Origin: a bacterium | GTDB lineage: Bacteria > UBA10199 > 2-02-FULL-44-16 > DYJF01 | Assembly (NCBI GenBank): GCA_041739675.1 | Contig: JBGSNL010000021.1 | Coordinates: 1-21,394, forward strand | Length of the DNA stretch: 21,394 nt | Direction of reading: 5' to 3' | In this document: positions 1 through 8,054 of the stretch, piece by piece | Layout: the number at the start of each line of letters is the position of its first letter | How positions within the stretch are numbered: position 1 is the stretch's first letter | Notes under the pieces: generated by a model | Seen by the model: only the letters and a program-made list of their open reading frames with translations | What the model was told of the DNA's origin: nothing | Databases searched by the model: none | Translations under genes and position numbers: made by a program

Positions 1-40
1 TGCCTCTTGCCTCTTCATGGCGGGTGAGAGGCAAGAGGCA
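1..40. repeat. Inverted repeat/hairpin built from a duplicated 7-mer (TGCCTCT x2 ... AGAGGCA x2), followed by an A-run
   Basis: 1-14 TGCCTCTTGCCTCT is the exact reverse complement of 27-40 AGAGGCAAGAGGCA. The following A-run gives a T-tract on the minus strand. May be truncated by the window edge. Confidence 0.8.
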
Positions 41-64
41 AAAAACCAGAAAGGAGAGTGTTTT

Positions 65-400
65 ATGTTCAATCACCAGAGGCTAAGATGCTACATGAAG
101 GCTCTAGATGCGGCAAAAAGGGTGCCAGGCATCGTGAGAACATGGCCAAAGGGCACATATTATCTTGAGGATCAGCTGAAGAGAGCTATTTCAAGTGTGC
201 TACTCAATATCGCTGAGGGAAACGGGAGAGAGGGATTAAAGGACAGGGCCAGATTCTTTGCGATAGCCAGAGGATCTGCCGCTGAATCCGCATCTTGCAT
301 CGATGTTGCTCTAGCTCTTAAACTTATCTCTGACTCTGAATCTCAATTTCTTCAAGGACTCCTCCTCGAAGTCGTCAAGATGCTCTATAAACTACGGTAA
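65..400 (+). CDS. Four-helix bundle protein (23S rRNA intervening-sequence protein / TIGR02436-like family)
   Basis: Motifs L..Y..A, L.DQL.RA..SV.LNIAEG.GR and FF.IARGSA.E are typical of this family. The ATG at 65 follows AGGAG (52-56), so it is preferred over the ORF start at 17. Confidence 0.88.
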   Translation: MFNHQRLRCYMKALDAAKRVPGIVRTWPKGTYYLEDQLKRAISSVLLNIAEGNGREGLKDRARFFAIARGSAAESASCIDVALALKLISDSESQFLQGLLLEVVKMLYKLR

Positions 401-499
401 TCTCAGATCGTCTTTCTAAAATCGTAGTTTTAGAGATCATAATCCTAATCCTCTAATCCCAGATCCGCTTTTGTTGGCACCAACATTGCGCACAAATGT

Positions 500-530
500 C
501 GCAACTTCGGCCCCCTTTCCTGCCGAAAAT
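500..530 (+). promoter_or_regulatory. Sigma28/FliA-like promoter motif CGCAACTT-N14-GCCGAAAAT
   Basis: GCAACTT at 501-507 and GCCGAAAA at 522-529. The same motif with identical spacing occurs at 6355 and 7980. The -10 box resembles the FliA consensus GCCGATAA. Confidence 0.7.
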
Positions 531-571
531 AAAAAGGCAGGGGTAAGTATTCCTTTAAGGGGGAGCCTGTA

Positions 572-3500
572 ATGCCGCCAACGAATCCAACCAGTAACAA
601 CAACGGCGCCGCGCAAGGTGCTCTAGGTCAGCCACCGGCTGCATCCGGCAGCTCTGCACAGCAGAGCCAAACGCCGCCCTTGGAAGTTGCACCCGAAATG
701 TGCATGGATACGACGAGTGGTTATTATGGCGATTTTTACAGGGCTTCTTCCCTTCCGCCGCCGCCTGCCGCACCGGCAGTTGCATATCCAGCTCAGGCCG
801 GAGCGCCGATTCAGCTGCAAGTTCAGCTGTGGGAGGGCGGTTCCTTTCCGGGAGAGCTGATACCGATGATCGAGATCGGCTCCACGACCGTCCGCCGAGG
901 TCAGGTCTTGGAAGTGCCTCCTTCCGGAATCGAAGTCGTCATGCCAGACGGGCACAGATGGCAGGTCACAAGATATGCCGACGCTGCAATTGTTACCGAT
1001 ATGAGTTCGGCAACGCCTCAACGCGCGCTTCTTCGTCCAGCCACGTCGCACTACCACGTCCCGTTTGAGATGAATTATGACGGAGACATCATATTCAAGC
1101 CGGAGCTCGAACATCTCGGTCGCGACGTGCTGCAGGTCAGATTCGGAGTGGGAGCCGGACATAGTGAAATAAATTATATCAGGGCCGGCTCCGTGATACC
1201 GGTTGCAAACCGCGGAATGACGGAGGTCACCGCATTTGACGGCGAGACGATCAGATACACTAAATATAACGGAAACGTTTATCGTCTGAGCCCGACAGGC
1301 GACCTTCTAACGCCTTTCGGTACGAACGTCGAAACGATCAGCGTCGGCGGAAGAGTTGCCGTGAGATTTTCACCCGCGCAGCCGGCGCCGCCTCCCGCTC
1401 CCGAGGCTCCTTCGGGACCTACCCCGCCCTCTTTTGACGAATTGTTTTTGGCGGGAGAGGTCCGTCAAGTGCGCATGCCCGCGCCAAGATTCGATGGCAC
1501 AGCACGGACGGTTGTCCTTGAGCCCGGAAGAGGCCTGACGGTCATGGTTTCACCCCTTTCCTCCGACTGGGCTGTCTCTGGAACTTTGAAATTCCTCGTG
1601 GAACAATTCACGGTGAAGGTTGGCGGAACGGATATCACCGTCCGCGGCAATAGTTCGGGGGAATTCACGACGGCGAGCGGCACCATGTGGCAGGTGAGAA
1701 TGGAGGGAGGCGAGCTCGTTTTTACACAGGCAATTGAGACGCCGGTCGTAGGTACAACGCGGGCCACACCCGGCTCTTTCTTTCCACTCAGAGGAATGGG
1801 TTTGGGAAGAGGAATCACGTATACCAAGGACGGCAGGACGAATACCCTATATGTGAGACAGGATGCCAACGGGCGCCGGGAGCTCATTTGCCGCTACAAC
1901 TCGGGAGATAATTCGAGATTTGTGGGTTATGAAAGCCCTGCGCCGCAGGAGTTCCAATTTACGAAGAGTTGCGGTCAGCTTGGAGTCATCTATCGACCGG
2001 ATATTCCCGAACCGCGGCCTAGCTGGGTCATTGCCGATGGCGCTCAGGAATACCGCATAGGCCAGACGGCGGATGGAACACTCTGGCAGGAGTCTTCGTC
2101 AGGCGGAACAGATCGTTCGCTGAGACAGTGTCAGGAGGGCGAAAGGTTCGGGCCTTACGCCGTGAAAAACGGCGATCTCGTGCTTGTCGATCAGCCTCCG
2201 CAGATAGTGTCCGACATCCGGGCTCCTGCGGCCTCAACGAGATACATTCGCGCTCAGGAGACATACATCTATAATATTGAGCCCAATCAGCAGGTCGAGA
2301 TCATGGCGGGCGAAGAGTCATACATAATATCGAGGAGTCAGGACCGGGAGACACTAACGGCACAGCGTGGATCGGGGCCGGTTGAAACCTCTATACTGAC
2401 AAGCAACGACAGAATCGTCATACGCAGAGCGGGACAGCCCTTGGAAGCGGCAGTGCCTCTTGAAAACTTTTCGGGAGAATCGTTTCAAGTGAGACGGGCC
2501 AGCCCCGACATCATCGAAATTTCGCTCAGACCGCAGCCGGTTGCGCATCATGCCGGTGCGCCCTTTGAAGGCGTATTGACAATGGAAGACCCCGGCGGTC
2601 CGACAAACACGGGAACATTTGAAGAAGGATCCATCGAGGATACCGAGACGAGACAGCGGACGCGGGCTCAGGATGTGGAAGCCCGTGTGAACGAATCCAA
2701 TACCCCTGCCCCGACGTTTGGTGATGCGACGAGGTTTGGTTTGGTATTCGGCGGCGCTGTGACGATGGTGAGAGATTTGTACAAGGCTCTGATTCTGGGC
2801 GGCGAGCACGAGCCGAACGAAGTTGAGAGCACGACGGCGATGATAGCGACGGGCACAGCTCTTGATTCTGCGATGGGCCGGAGCGTGACATGGGGATCAT
2901 TTGGCCGTCTTGCTCAAGGTTTTGTGGAGTTTTTGCCGGCGTTTTTCATGACCAGTTTAAGCAACGGCCGCTCGGCTCAATCTGCCGGAACCACGGAAGG
3001 ACAAGGCGTTGTTGAAGTTGCGAACATAGCATCAGGCGCGGTTGTGACCGGAGCTGGCGCCGAGGCAGCCGCACAGGTGAGTGCGGTTGCAGCAAGACAG
3101 GCTATTGTGACCGAGGCGGCGGGTGTTCAAGCGGCTACGCCTGCAGCAGCGAGGGTTTTGACATCGACACCGGCAATGGGTTTGACCTTCTCGCTTTTTT
3201 ACGATCGCGGTGTGGCGTTGGGCACGGCTGGTGATACCTACTGGGGTCAGGCGCTGGGTCTTTGCACGAGCGACGGGACGGATTGTTCGATATCCGGCTG
3301 GGGCGCCGAGCAGTTACACACTGTTGTCGATCCGGTAGCCGATGCAGCGAACGAATATGTAATAGCGCCCGTAAGCGCAGGTGTCGGTGCGGCTACGAGC
3401 TATGTGAGCGAGACGACACAGAGCTGGTACGAATATGACGCGGATCTTTTGGGGATCAGGGAGTACACGGACGCTGCGGGCCGTCAGCTTGAAGAGTGGT

Positions 3501-3727
3501 ACGAGTATGATGCCGCGCTCGTGAGATCTGCTGGAGAGGCTGTCAGCGGTGCGATAAGCTACGTCGGCGAGAAAGCCAACGAAGGTTTGCAGTGGGCGGG
3601 CAACAAGGTCGGTCAGGGTCTCGAAGCGGCCAATGATGCGGGTATCGGTGTCCTCGATAGCGCCGCCGACCTCATCACCGGCGGCGAATATGAATACGAT
3701 CCAACCTGGTTGGACGAGATATTCTAG
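572..3727 (+). CDS. Large hypothetical protein (1051 aa): low-complexity N-terminus, beta-rich/Pro-linked middle, conserved hydrophobic/amphipathic C-terminal ~345 aa shared with 8055-11078
   Basis: Long ORF with GGGGGAG RBS before the ATG. The C-terminal domain is conserved in a paralogue with many synonymous changes, supporting coding status. No Sec signal peptide is visible. Confidence 0.9.
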   Translation: MPPTNPTSNNNGAAQGALGQPPAASGSSAQQSQTPPLEVAPEMCMDTTSGYYGDFYRASSLPPPPAAPAVAYPAQAGAPIQLQVQLWEGGSFPGELIPMIEIGSTTVRRGQVLEVPPSGIEVVMPDGHRWQVTRYADAAIVTDMSSATPQRALLRPATSHYHVPFEMNYDGDIIFKPELEHLGRDVLQVRFGVGAGHSEINYIRAGSVIPVANRGMTEVTAFDGETIRYTKYNGNVYRLSPTGDLLTPFGTNVETISVGGRVAVRFSPAQPAPPPAPEAPSGPTPPSFDELFLAGEVRQVRMPAPRFDGTARTVVLEPGRGLTVMVSPLSSDWAVSGTLKFLVEQFTVKVGGTDITVRGNSSGEFTTASGTMWQVRMEGGELVFTQAIETPVVGTTRATPGSFFPLRGMGLGRGITYTKDGRTNTLYVRQDANGRRELICRYNSGDNSRFVGYESPAPQEFQFTKSCGQLGVIYRPDIPEPRPSWVIADGAQEYRIGQTADGTLWQESSSGGTDRSLRQCQEGERFGPYAVKNGDLVLVDQPPQIVSDIRAPAASTRYIRAQETYIYNIEPNQQVEIMAGEESYIISRSQDRETLTAQRGSGPVETSILTSNDRIVIRRAGQPLEAAVPLENFSGESFQVRRASPDIIEISLRPQPVAHHAGAPFEGVLTMEDPGGPTNTGTFEEGSIEDTETRQRTRAQDVEARVNESNTPAPTFGDATRFGLVFGGAVTMVRDLYKALILGGEHEPNEVESTTAMIATGTALDSAMGRSVTWGSFGRLAQGFVEFLPAFFMTSLSNGRSAQSAGTTEGQGVVEVANIASGAVVTGAGAEAAAQVSAVAARQAIVTEAAGVQAATPAAARVLTSTPAMGLTFSLFYDRGVALGTAGDTYWGQALGLCTSDGTDCSISGWGAEQLHTVVDPVADAANEYVIAPVSAGVGAATSYVSETTQSWYEYDADLLGIREYTDAAGRQLEEWYEYDAALVRSAGEAVSGAISYVGEKANEGLQWAGNKVGQGLEAANDAGIGVLDSAADLITGGEYEYDPTWLDEIF

Positions 3728-3728
3728 T
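2692..3728 (+). repeat. Direct repeat copy 1 (~1.03 kb), 3' part of gene 572-3727
   Basis: Aligns without gaps to 10043-11079 at a constant offset of 7351 nt. Hand count gives about 59 mismatches over 2701-3727 (~94% identity). Confidence 0.97.
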
Positions 3729-3785
3729 TAAACAATTGGCCCCTCTTTGTTTGATTTTGCGCGGGGCATGTAGTAAAACTCACTC

Positions 3786-5372
3786 ATGCCCCTCAAAATC
3801 GCCCTCGTTCAGGTCGTCGATATGGAACGCCTCTATGAGGTCTTCTATCGCATCTCCGGCCTCATAACTCTCACAACAGACGAAAACGCGAAGAAGAGAT
3901 TCCTTGAGCAGTTCAAATCGACAAAAAAACCGATGCACGCCCAGTATCCCATAGGGATCTTGGCGCTCGCCGCATATGCCCGCAAAAAATTCAAAAACAA
4001 AGTTGAACTTCACATAATCGATATGCTCCAGCGGCGCTTCTCTGTGGATGATGCGATGGCGGAACTCGATAAGATATCGCCCGATCTTGTGGGCCTTTCT
4101 GCCTTCTCTTCATTTTCCGGCGCCCTTCACTCTCTGGCCGCCCGCATAAAAGAAAAAGACCCGAAGTGCCGTGTCGTTGCCGGCGGCGCATATTGCAGCG
4201 CCTCGTCGCTCCGCGCCGCAGCGGACCCCAATCTCGACTGTGTGGCCTACGGCGAGGGGGAAGAGACTTTTGTCGAGATCATAGAAAAAGTCCTGAAGGG
4301 GGCTTCTCTAAAAGGAACCAATGGCACGGCGCATTTTGAAGGCGGAAAAGTTGTGATAAATAATCCGCGGCCGATGATCGAAGATATCGACACCCTTCCC
4401 TTCCCCGCCGTCGATCTCATAGACGTCCCGGGATACTGGGGCAACCTCTCCGCGCTGGCGCAGGCAAATCCGTGGATGCTTACATTCAACTCGCGCGGAT
4501 GCCCATACCACTGCATCTATTGCCACCGCATCTTTGAAAAGAGGACGCGCTTCATGTCCCCCAAAAGAACTGCGGATGAAATAATGTACTACAACAAGAC
4601 GTACGGCATCGAAGAGTTCCACGTCTGGGACGATATCTTCAACCTCGACATCAAGCGCGGCATAGAGCTCTCAAAGCTGATAGCGAAGAAAAAAAAGAAT
4701 TTCCGCTTTCTCTATCTCGGCGGACTCAGAGCCGACATAATGGACAAGAACCTCTTGACCCACATGATAAAGGCGGGCTGCTGCTATATCTGCTATGCGG
4801 TTGAGAGCGCCTCGCCCCGTGTGCAGAAGCTGATACACAAGAACCTCAAGCTCACAAAGGCCGCGGAGGCGATAAATTTCACATCGGACGCCGGAGTGTG
4901 GGTCAACACATACAACATGCTGGGTTTTCCCACCGAGACGAAAGATGAGATGCAAAAGACGATCGACTACAATTGTTCCCTCAAACACCACTCGATCAGG
5001 CTCTTCAAGGTGATTCCGCAGGAGGGAACCGGCCTCTACGACATGATTGCGTCGATGAAAGTGGGCACGGGCGAGTCGGGCTTCTACGTCGATTACGACG
5101 AGCTCTACAGCAAGGAGGTCACGCTCAAGGAATTTGAGGAGATTGTGCGTAACGGCTGGCAGAAATTCTATTTCAATTCCGAGAGAATAGAACGCACACT
5201 TAATATGAATTCTAAAGTTCTCTCAAAGGATGAGATTAAGCTTATGTACGCGATAGAGCTTTTGGGAGTGATGAACCGTTGCGGCATTAAGGATATGTCG
5301 GGGATACCTTCCGATATCCTTCCGCACATTGCCCGCATATTTCATGGAATAAGCCTGCCGCAGACCGCCTAG
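3786..5372 (+). CDS. Cobalamin (B12)-binding domain radical SAM protein
   Basis: N-terminal B12-binding domain (P.G..LAAY, DLVGLS, VVAGG, GEGEETF); SRGCPYHCIYC with the CxxxCxxC motif; DDIFN, AVESAS and LGFPTET motifs. Confidence 0.93.
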   Translation: MPLKIALVQVVDMERLYEVFYRISGLITLTTDENAKKRFLEQFKSTKKPMHAQYPIGILALAAYARKKFKNKVELHIIDMLQRRFSVDDAMAELDKISPDLVGLSAFSSFSGALHSLAARIKEKDPKCRVVAGGAYCSASSLRAAADPNLDCVAYGEGEETFVEIIEKVLKGASLKGTNGTAHFEGGKVVINNPRPMIEDIDTLPFPAVDLIDVPGYWGNLSALAQANPWMLTFNSRGCPYHCIYCHRIFEKRTRFMSPKRTADEIMYYNKTYGIEEFHVWDDIFNLDIKRGIELSKLIAKKKKNFRFLYLGGLRADIMDKNLLTHMIKAGCCYICYAVESASPRVQKLIHKNLKLTKAAEAINFTSDAGVWVNTYNMLGFPTETKDEMQKTIDYNCSLKHHSIRLFKVIPQEGTGLYDMIASMKVGTGESGFYVDYDELYSKEVTLKEFEEIVRNGWQKFYFNSERIERTLNMNSKVLSKDEIKLMYAIELLGVMNRCGIKDMSGIPSDILPHIARIFHGISLPQTA

Positions 5373-6304
5373 AAGAGTTTCAAAACCTTTGGAACTGCCC
5401 TGTAGGGGTTTTCTTTTCCTTCCACGACCTGTGTGACAACTTTGGATATGGATTTGCTTGTGCCCGCTTTTTCGAAGAGTTTTTGCCCCAATGCCTCGCG
5501 GCACATCTCCAAAAACTCGGCCGCGCGCATCTCTTTTTGCCGTTTCAGATGATTTTCGTCCGAGGATACAAAATCCTGGTGATTCATGATCTTCGTCAGG
5601 AGCTCGGAGATGCCCGCTCCTATTGGCGCATTCGTGAGCATCACCGGCGTCTGCCAGCCCGCCCTTCGCGTTCCAAGTTCGACCGATGCCGTGAGCCACT
5701 GCGCCATCTGATCCGCGCCCGACCTGTCTGCCTTGTTCACCACGAATATGTCGGCGATTTCGGTGAGCCCCGCCTTCATCGTCTGGATCATATCGCCAGC
5801 CTCCGGGACCAGAACTACTACCGTGGTGGTGGCAAGCTCCATGATATCTAGCTCGGTCTGGCCCACTCCCACTGTCTCCACTATGATCCAGTCGAAACCG
5901 GCCGCGTCCAAAAGACAGGCTATATCTCTTGTGGCCCTTGAAAGCCCGCCATGTGATCCGCGGCTGCCGAGCGATCTGATAAAAACCCCGGCATCGGTGG
6001 CATGCCTTTGCATCCTGATGCGATCTCCAAGGACCGCACCCCCCGAAAACGGGCTTGAAGGGTCTATGGCGATAACGGCGACTTTCTTCCCCGCTTTCCG
6101 AATCAATGAGGTGAGTTGGTCGACTATTGTAGACTTGCCGGCACCCGGGGGGCCGGTCACCCCAACGCAAAGGGCCCCTTTTCTCGCATCGTAGATTTCC
6201 GGCATTAATTTCAACGAATTGGCCGATCTGGACTCAATTTCCGTGATGAAGCGGGAAAGTGCTCTTATATCGCCTGAATAGACCTTTTTAAGGAGCTGAT
6301 CCAC
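5369..6304 (-). CDS. meaB: MeaB/ArgK family G3E GTPase (methylmalonyl-CoA mutase-associated)
   Basis: Motifs GVTGPPGAGKST, AIDPSSPFSGGAVLGDRIRM, FIRS.GSRG..GGLS, IVETVGVGQ.E, GD.IQ.MKAG..EIADIFVVNKAD. Start placed at GTG 6304 (VDQLLKK); the extension to 6496 overlaps the divergent promoter and gene and is probably not real. Confidence 0.93.
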   Translation of the reverse strand: MDQLLKKVYSGDIRALSRFITEIESRSANSLKLMPEIYDARKGALCVGVTGPPGAGKSTIVDQLTSLIRKAGKKVAVIAIDPSSPFSGGAVLGDRIRMQRHATDAGVFIRSLGSRGSHGGLSRATRDIACLLDAAGFDWIIVETVGVGQTELDIMELATTTVVVLVPEAGDMIQTMKAGLTEIADIFVVNKADRSGADQMAQWLTASVELGTRRAGWQTPVMLTNAPIGAGISELLTKIMNHQDFVSSDENHLKRQKEMRAAEFLEMCREALGQKLFEKAGTSKSISKVVTQVVEGKENPYRAVPKVLKLF

Positions 6305-6354
6305 ATCGTGTATATCCCTGATTTTACACGCTTTATCAAGAAAAATGAGCCGGA

Positions 6355-6385
6355 CGCAACTTTGAGTCACCGTGCATCCGATAAT
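6355..6385 (+). promoter_or_regulatory. Sigma28/FliA-like promoter motif CGCAACTT-N14-TCCGATAAT
   Basis: GCAACTT at 6356-6362 and TCCGATAA at 6377-6384, about 20 nt upstream of the ATG at 6406. Same spacing as the copies at 500 and 7980. Confidence 0.7.
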
Positions 6386-6405
6386 AAGAATGAGAGGAGT
6401 AATAG

Positions 6406-6792
6406 ATGTTTGGAGTAATTGGAATATTAGCGTGCATGCCGATAGCTGCTGCGGTTGTCTCCGCGGCGGTTGCAGTCGCAAGCACCTGCTATACAATTTA
6501 CAACGCGAACGATACGGCCGACCAGATGGATGCGCAGAACGCGAAAAACGAAGAGCGCATGAACGTCCAGAACGCGTTGGCCGAGCGCCAGAACAAGCGC
6601 GCCCTTATCAAGGCGTCGCAGATGGCGGCAAGCGGTACCTTGATGGATAAGATAAAGGCGTCGGATCTGGAGCACAGGACGCAAAACGAGCGCAGGAAAC
6701 TTCACCGTGTGGACGCGTCGCCGGGTTCGGTTCCGCGCGCCGAGAGAGATTACGGCACGGCGGCACATAGCAGCGCAACGATCAGAATTTAA
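6406..6792 (+). CDS. Small hypothetical protein (128 aa): hydrophobic Ala/Val-rich N-terminus followed by a Gln/Asn/Glu helical region
   Basis: GAGGAG RBS; first of three co-oriented genes with short AT-rich spacers. Confidence 0.78.
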   Translation: MFGVIGILACMPIAAAVVSAAVAVASTCYTIYNANDTADQMDAQNAKNEERMNVQNALAERQNKRALIKASQMAASGTLMDKIKASDLEHRTQNERRKLHRVDASPGSVPRAERDYGTAAHSSATIRI

Positions 6793-6809
6793 ATATTTAG
6801 GAGGATAAC

Positions 6810-7367
6810 ATGTTCTCAGGATCAAACACAGCACAGGCAGCAGCGACGACCCCGACACCCCCGCAGTCGTCATGGACCCAGCAAGGTCCGATAGTGAACA
6901 CCAACTTTGGAGCCACGACGACCGCTACTTTGAATCTCGGGACGATGGATGAGACAGAGCGTGGCGAATATCTGGGCAATCAAAACGATCTCCAGACATT
7001 GGGAATGGGCCTTAATGCTGGCGGCGCAGTCTTGAACACGATAACCGCCATTACCGGAATGGTCATGAACCAAGAGGTCATTGGATCGTACTATGATTAC
7101 ATGAACAAGGTTGCTGACAACAGCTGGTTGGTTGCCAAGAAGCAGCTTGAGGTTCAGGAGTACGCGATCGACAAGGCCTCCGAAATGCAGGAGAGCGAAC
7201 AGAGTTTTCAGGTGAAGCTGGCCAAGATAGAGCAGGCAAAAGAGATTCAGTTGGCAAGGGTTGCCGAGCGCGGCAGGACCGATCGCACGGCCATGTATAT
7301 GGCGAACAATGAGTTCAAGCTGAGAGAGTCGTATCCCGGCGGATCGCCGGTGTTTTCGATCAGCTAA
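6810..7367 (+). CDS. Small hypothetical helical protein (185 aa): Thr/Pro-rich N-terminus, one hydrophobic segment, coiled-coil; paralogue of 7400-7885
   Basis: AGGAGG RBS; gapless similarity to the next gene (MG..A..AV.NTI..I; KLA.......I..A.V.E..RT; G.PV). Confidence 0.85.
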   Translation: MFSGSNTAQAAATTPTPPQSSWTQQGPIVNTNFGATTTATLNLGTMDETERGEYLGNQNDLQTLGMGLNAGGAVLNTITAITGMVMNQEVIGSYYDYMNKVADNSWLVAKKQLEVQEYAIDKASEMQESEQSFQVKLAKIEQAKEIQLARVAERGRTDRTAMYMANNEFKLRESYPGGSPVFSIS

Positions 7368-7399
7368 CTTTAACTTTAAGATATTAAAGAGGAGATATT

Positions 7400-7885
7400 A
7401 TGATTTCAGCAGGAGTAGGCGAAGCGGGCATGACACCTCAAGCATATTACCAGGCGAATTACACGGCGAGCTGCTGGGAGATGGGCGCTTCAGCGACGGC
7501 AGCTGTTGCCAATACAATAGGACAGATAGCGTCTGGTGTGATCTTGGGCAATGCCCAGCAGAGAACCTACGCGAGCCAATCAAGGATGGAAGATACGAAG
7601 CTTGCCATGAATGTCAGGGCATTGAACACGGAAGCGGCAAAGCTTGATGTAACGGCGCAGCAGACGGAATATGCGCACGAATCGAAGCTGAAACTTGCGG
7701 AAGCACAGGGAAATTTCGACATCGTCCATGCCCAGGTCGTTGAGGAGAAGAGAACGGAAGAGGCATCCCGCATCGACACAAAGGCGCTGGACCGCATGTT
7801 CGAGGACAGCAGAAGGCAGCGCTCCACAGGAAATCCGGTTCTTCCCATACCGGAGAGCAGATCGGACGGCGGTTTATCGTTTTAA
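7400..7885 (+). CDS. Small hypothetical helical protein (161 aa), paralogue of 6810-7367
   Basis: GAGGAG RBS; shares motifs with the 6810 protein; followed by a terminator. Confidence 0.85.
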   Translation: MISAGVGEAGMTPQAYYQANYTASCWEMGASATAAVANTIGQIASGVILGNAQQRTYASQSRMEDTKLAMNVRALNTEAAKLDVTAQQTEYAHESKLKLAEAQGNFDIVHAQVVEEKRTEEASRIDTKALDRMFEDSRRQRSTGNPVLPIPESRSDGGLSF

Positions 7886-7899
7886 CTTGAATTGACTAC

Positions 7900-7941
7900 G
7901 GGGACAGTCCTTGATGCAAAATGGGACCTGTCCCCTTTTTT
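7900..7941 (+). terminator. Rho-independent terminator after the three-gene operon
   Basis: GGGGACAGTCC ... GGACCTGTCCCC stem followed by TTTTTT (7936-7941). Confidence 0.75.
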
Positions 7942-7979
7942 ATGCCTTTTATTCCCTTATAAATTAATCACTTATTCCA

Positions 7980-8010
7980 CGCAACTTCACCCCCTTCTTC
8001 AGCCGATAAT
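7980..8010 (+). promoter_or_regulatory. Sigma28/FliA-like promoter motif CGCAACTT-N14-GCCGATAAT
   Basis: GCAACTT at 7981-7987 and a perfect FliA -10 box GCCGATAA at 8002-8009. The spacer and leader resemble those at 500-546. Confidence 0.75.
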
Positions 8011-8054
8011 AATAATGAGGGGTAATTCTTTTTCCCCTCGGAATGGGGAAGTAA

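Noticed and set aside
5223..6170. 315-aa alternative-frame ORF over meaB, and similar shadow ORFs over the large genes, rpsA and nadB
   Set aside because: These are off-frame or antisense products of well-supported genes in moderately GC-rich DNA.
6305..6496. N-terminal extension of the MeaB ORF (375-aa version)
   Set aside because: Overlaps the divergent promoter motif and the 6406 gene; MeaB similarity starts near VDQLLKK at 6304.
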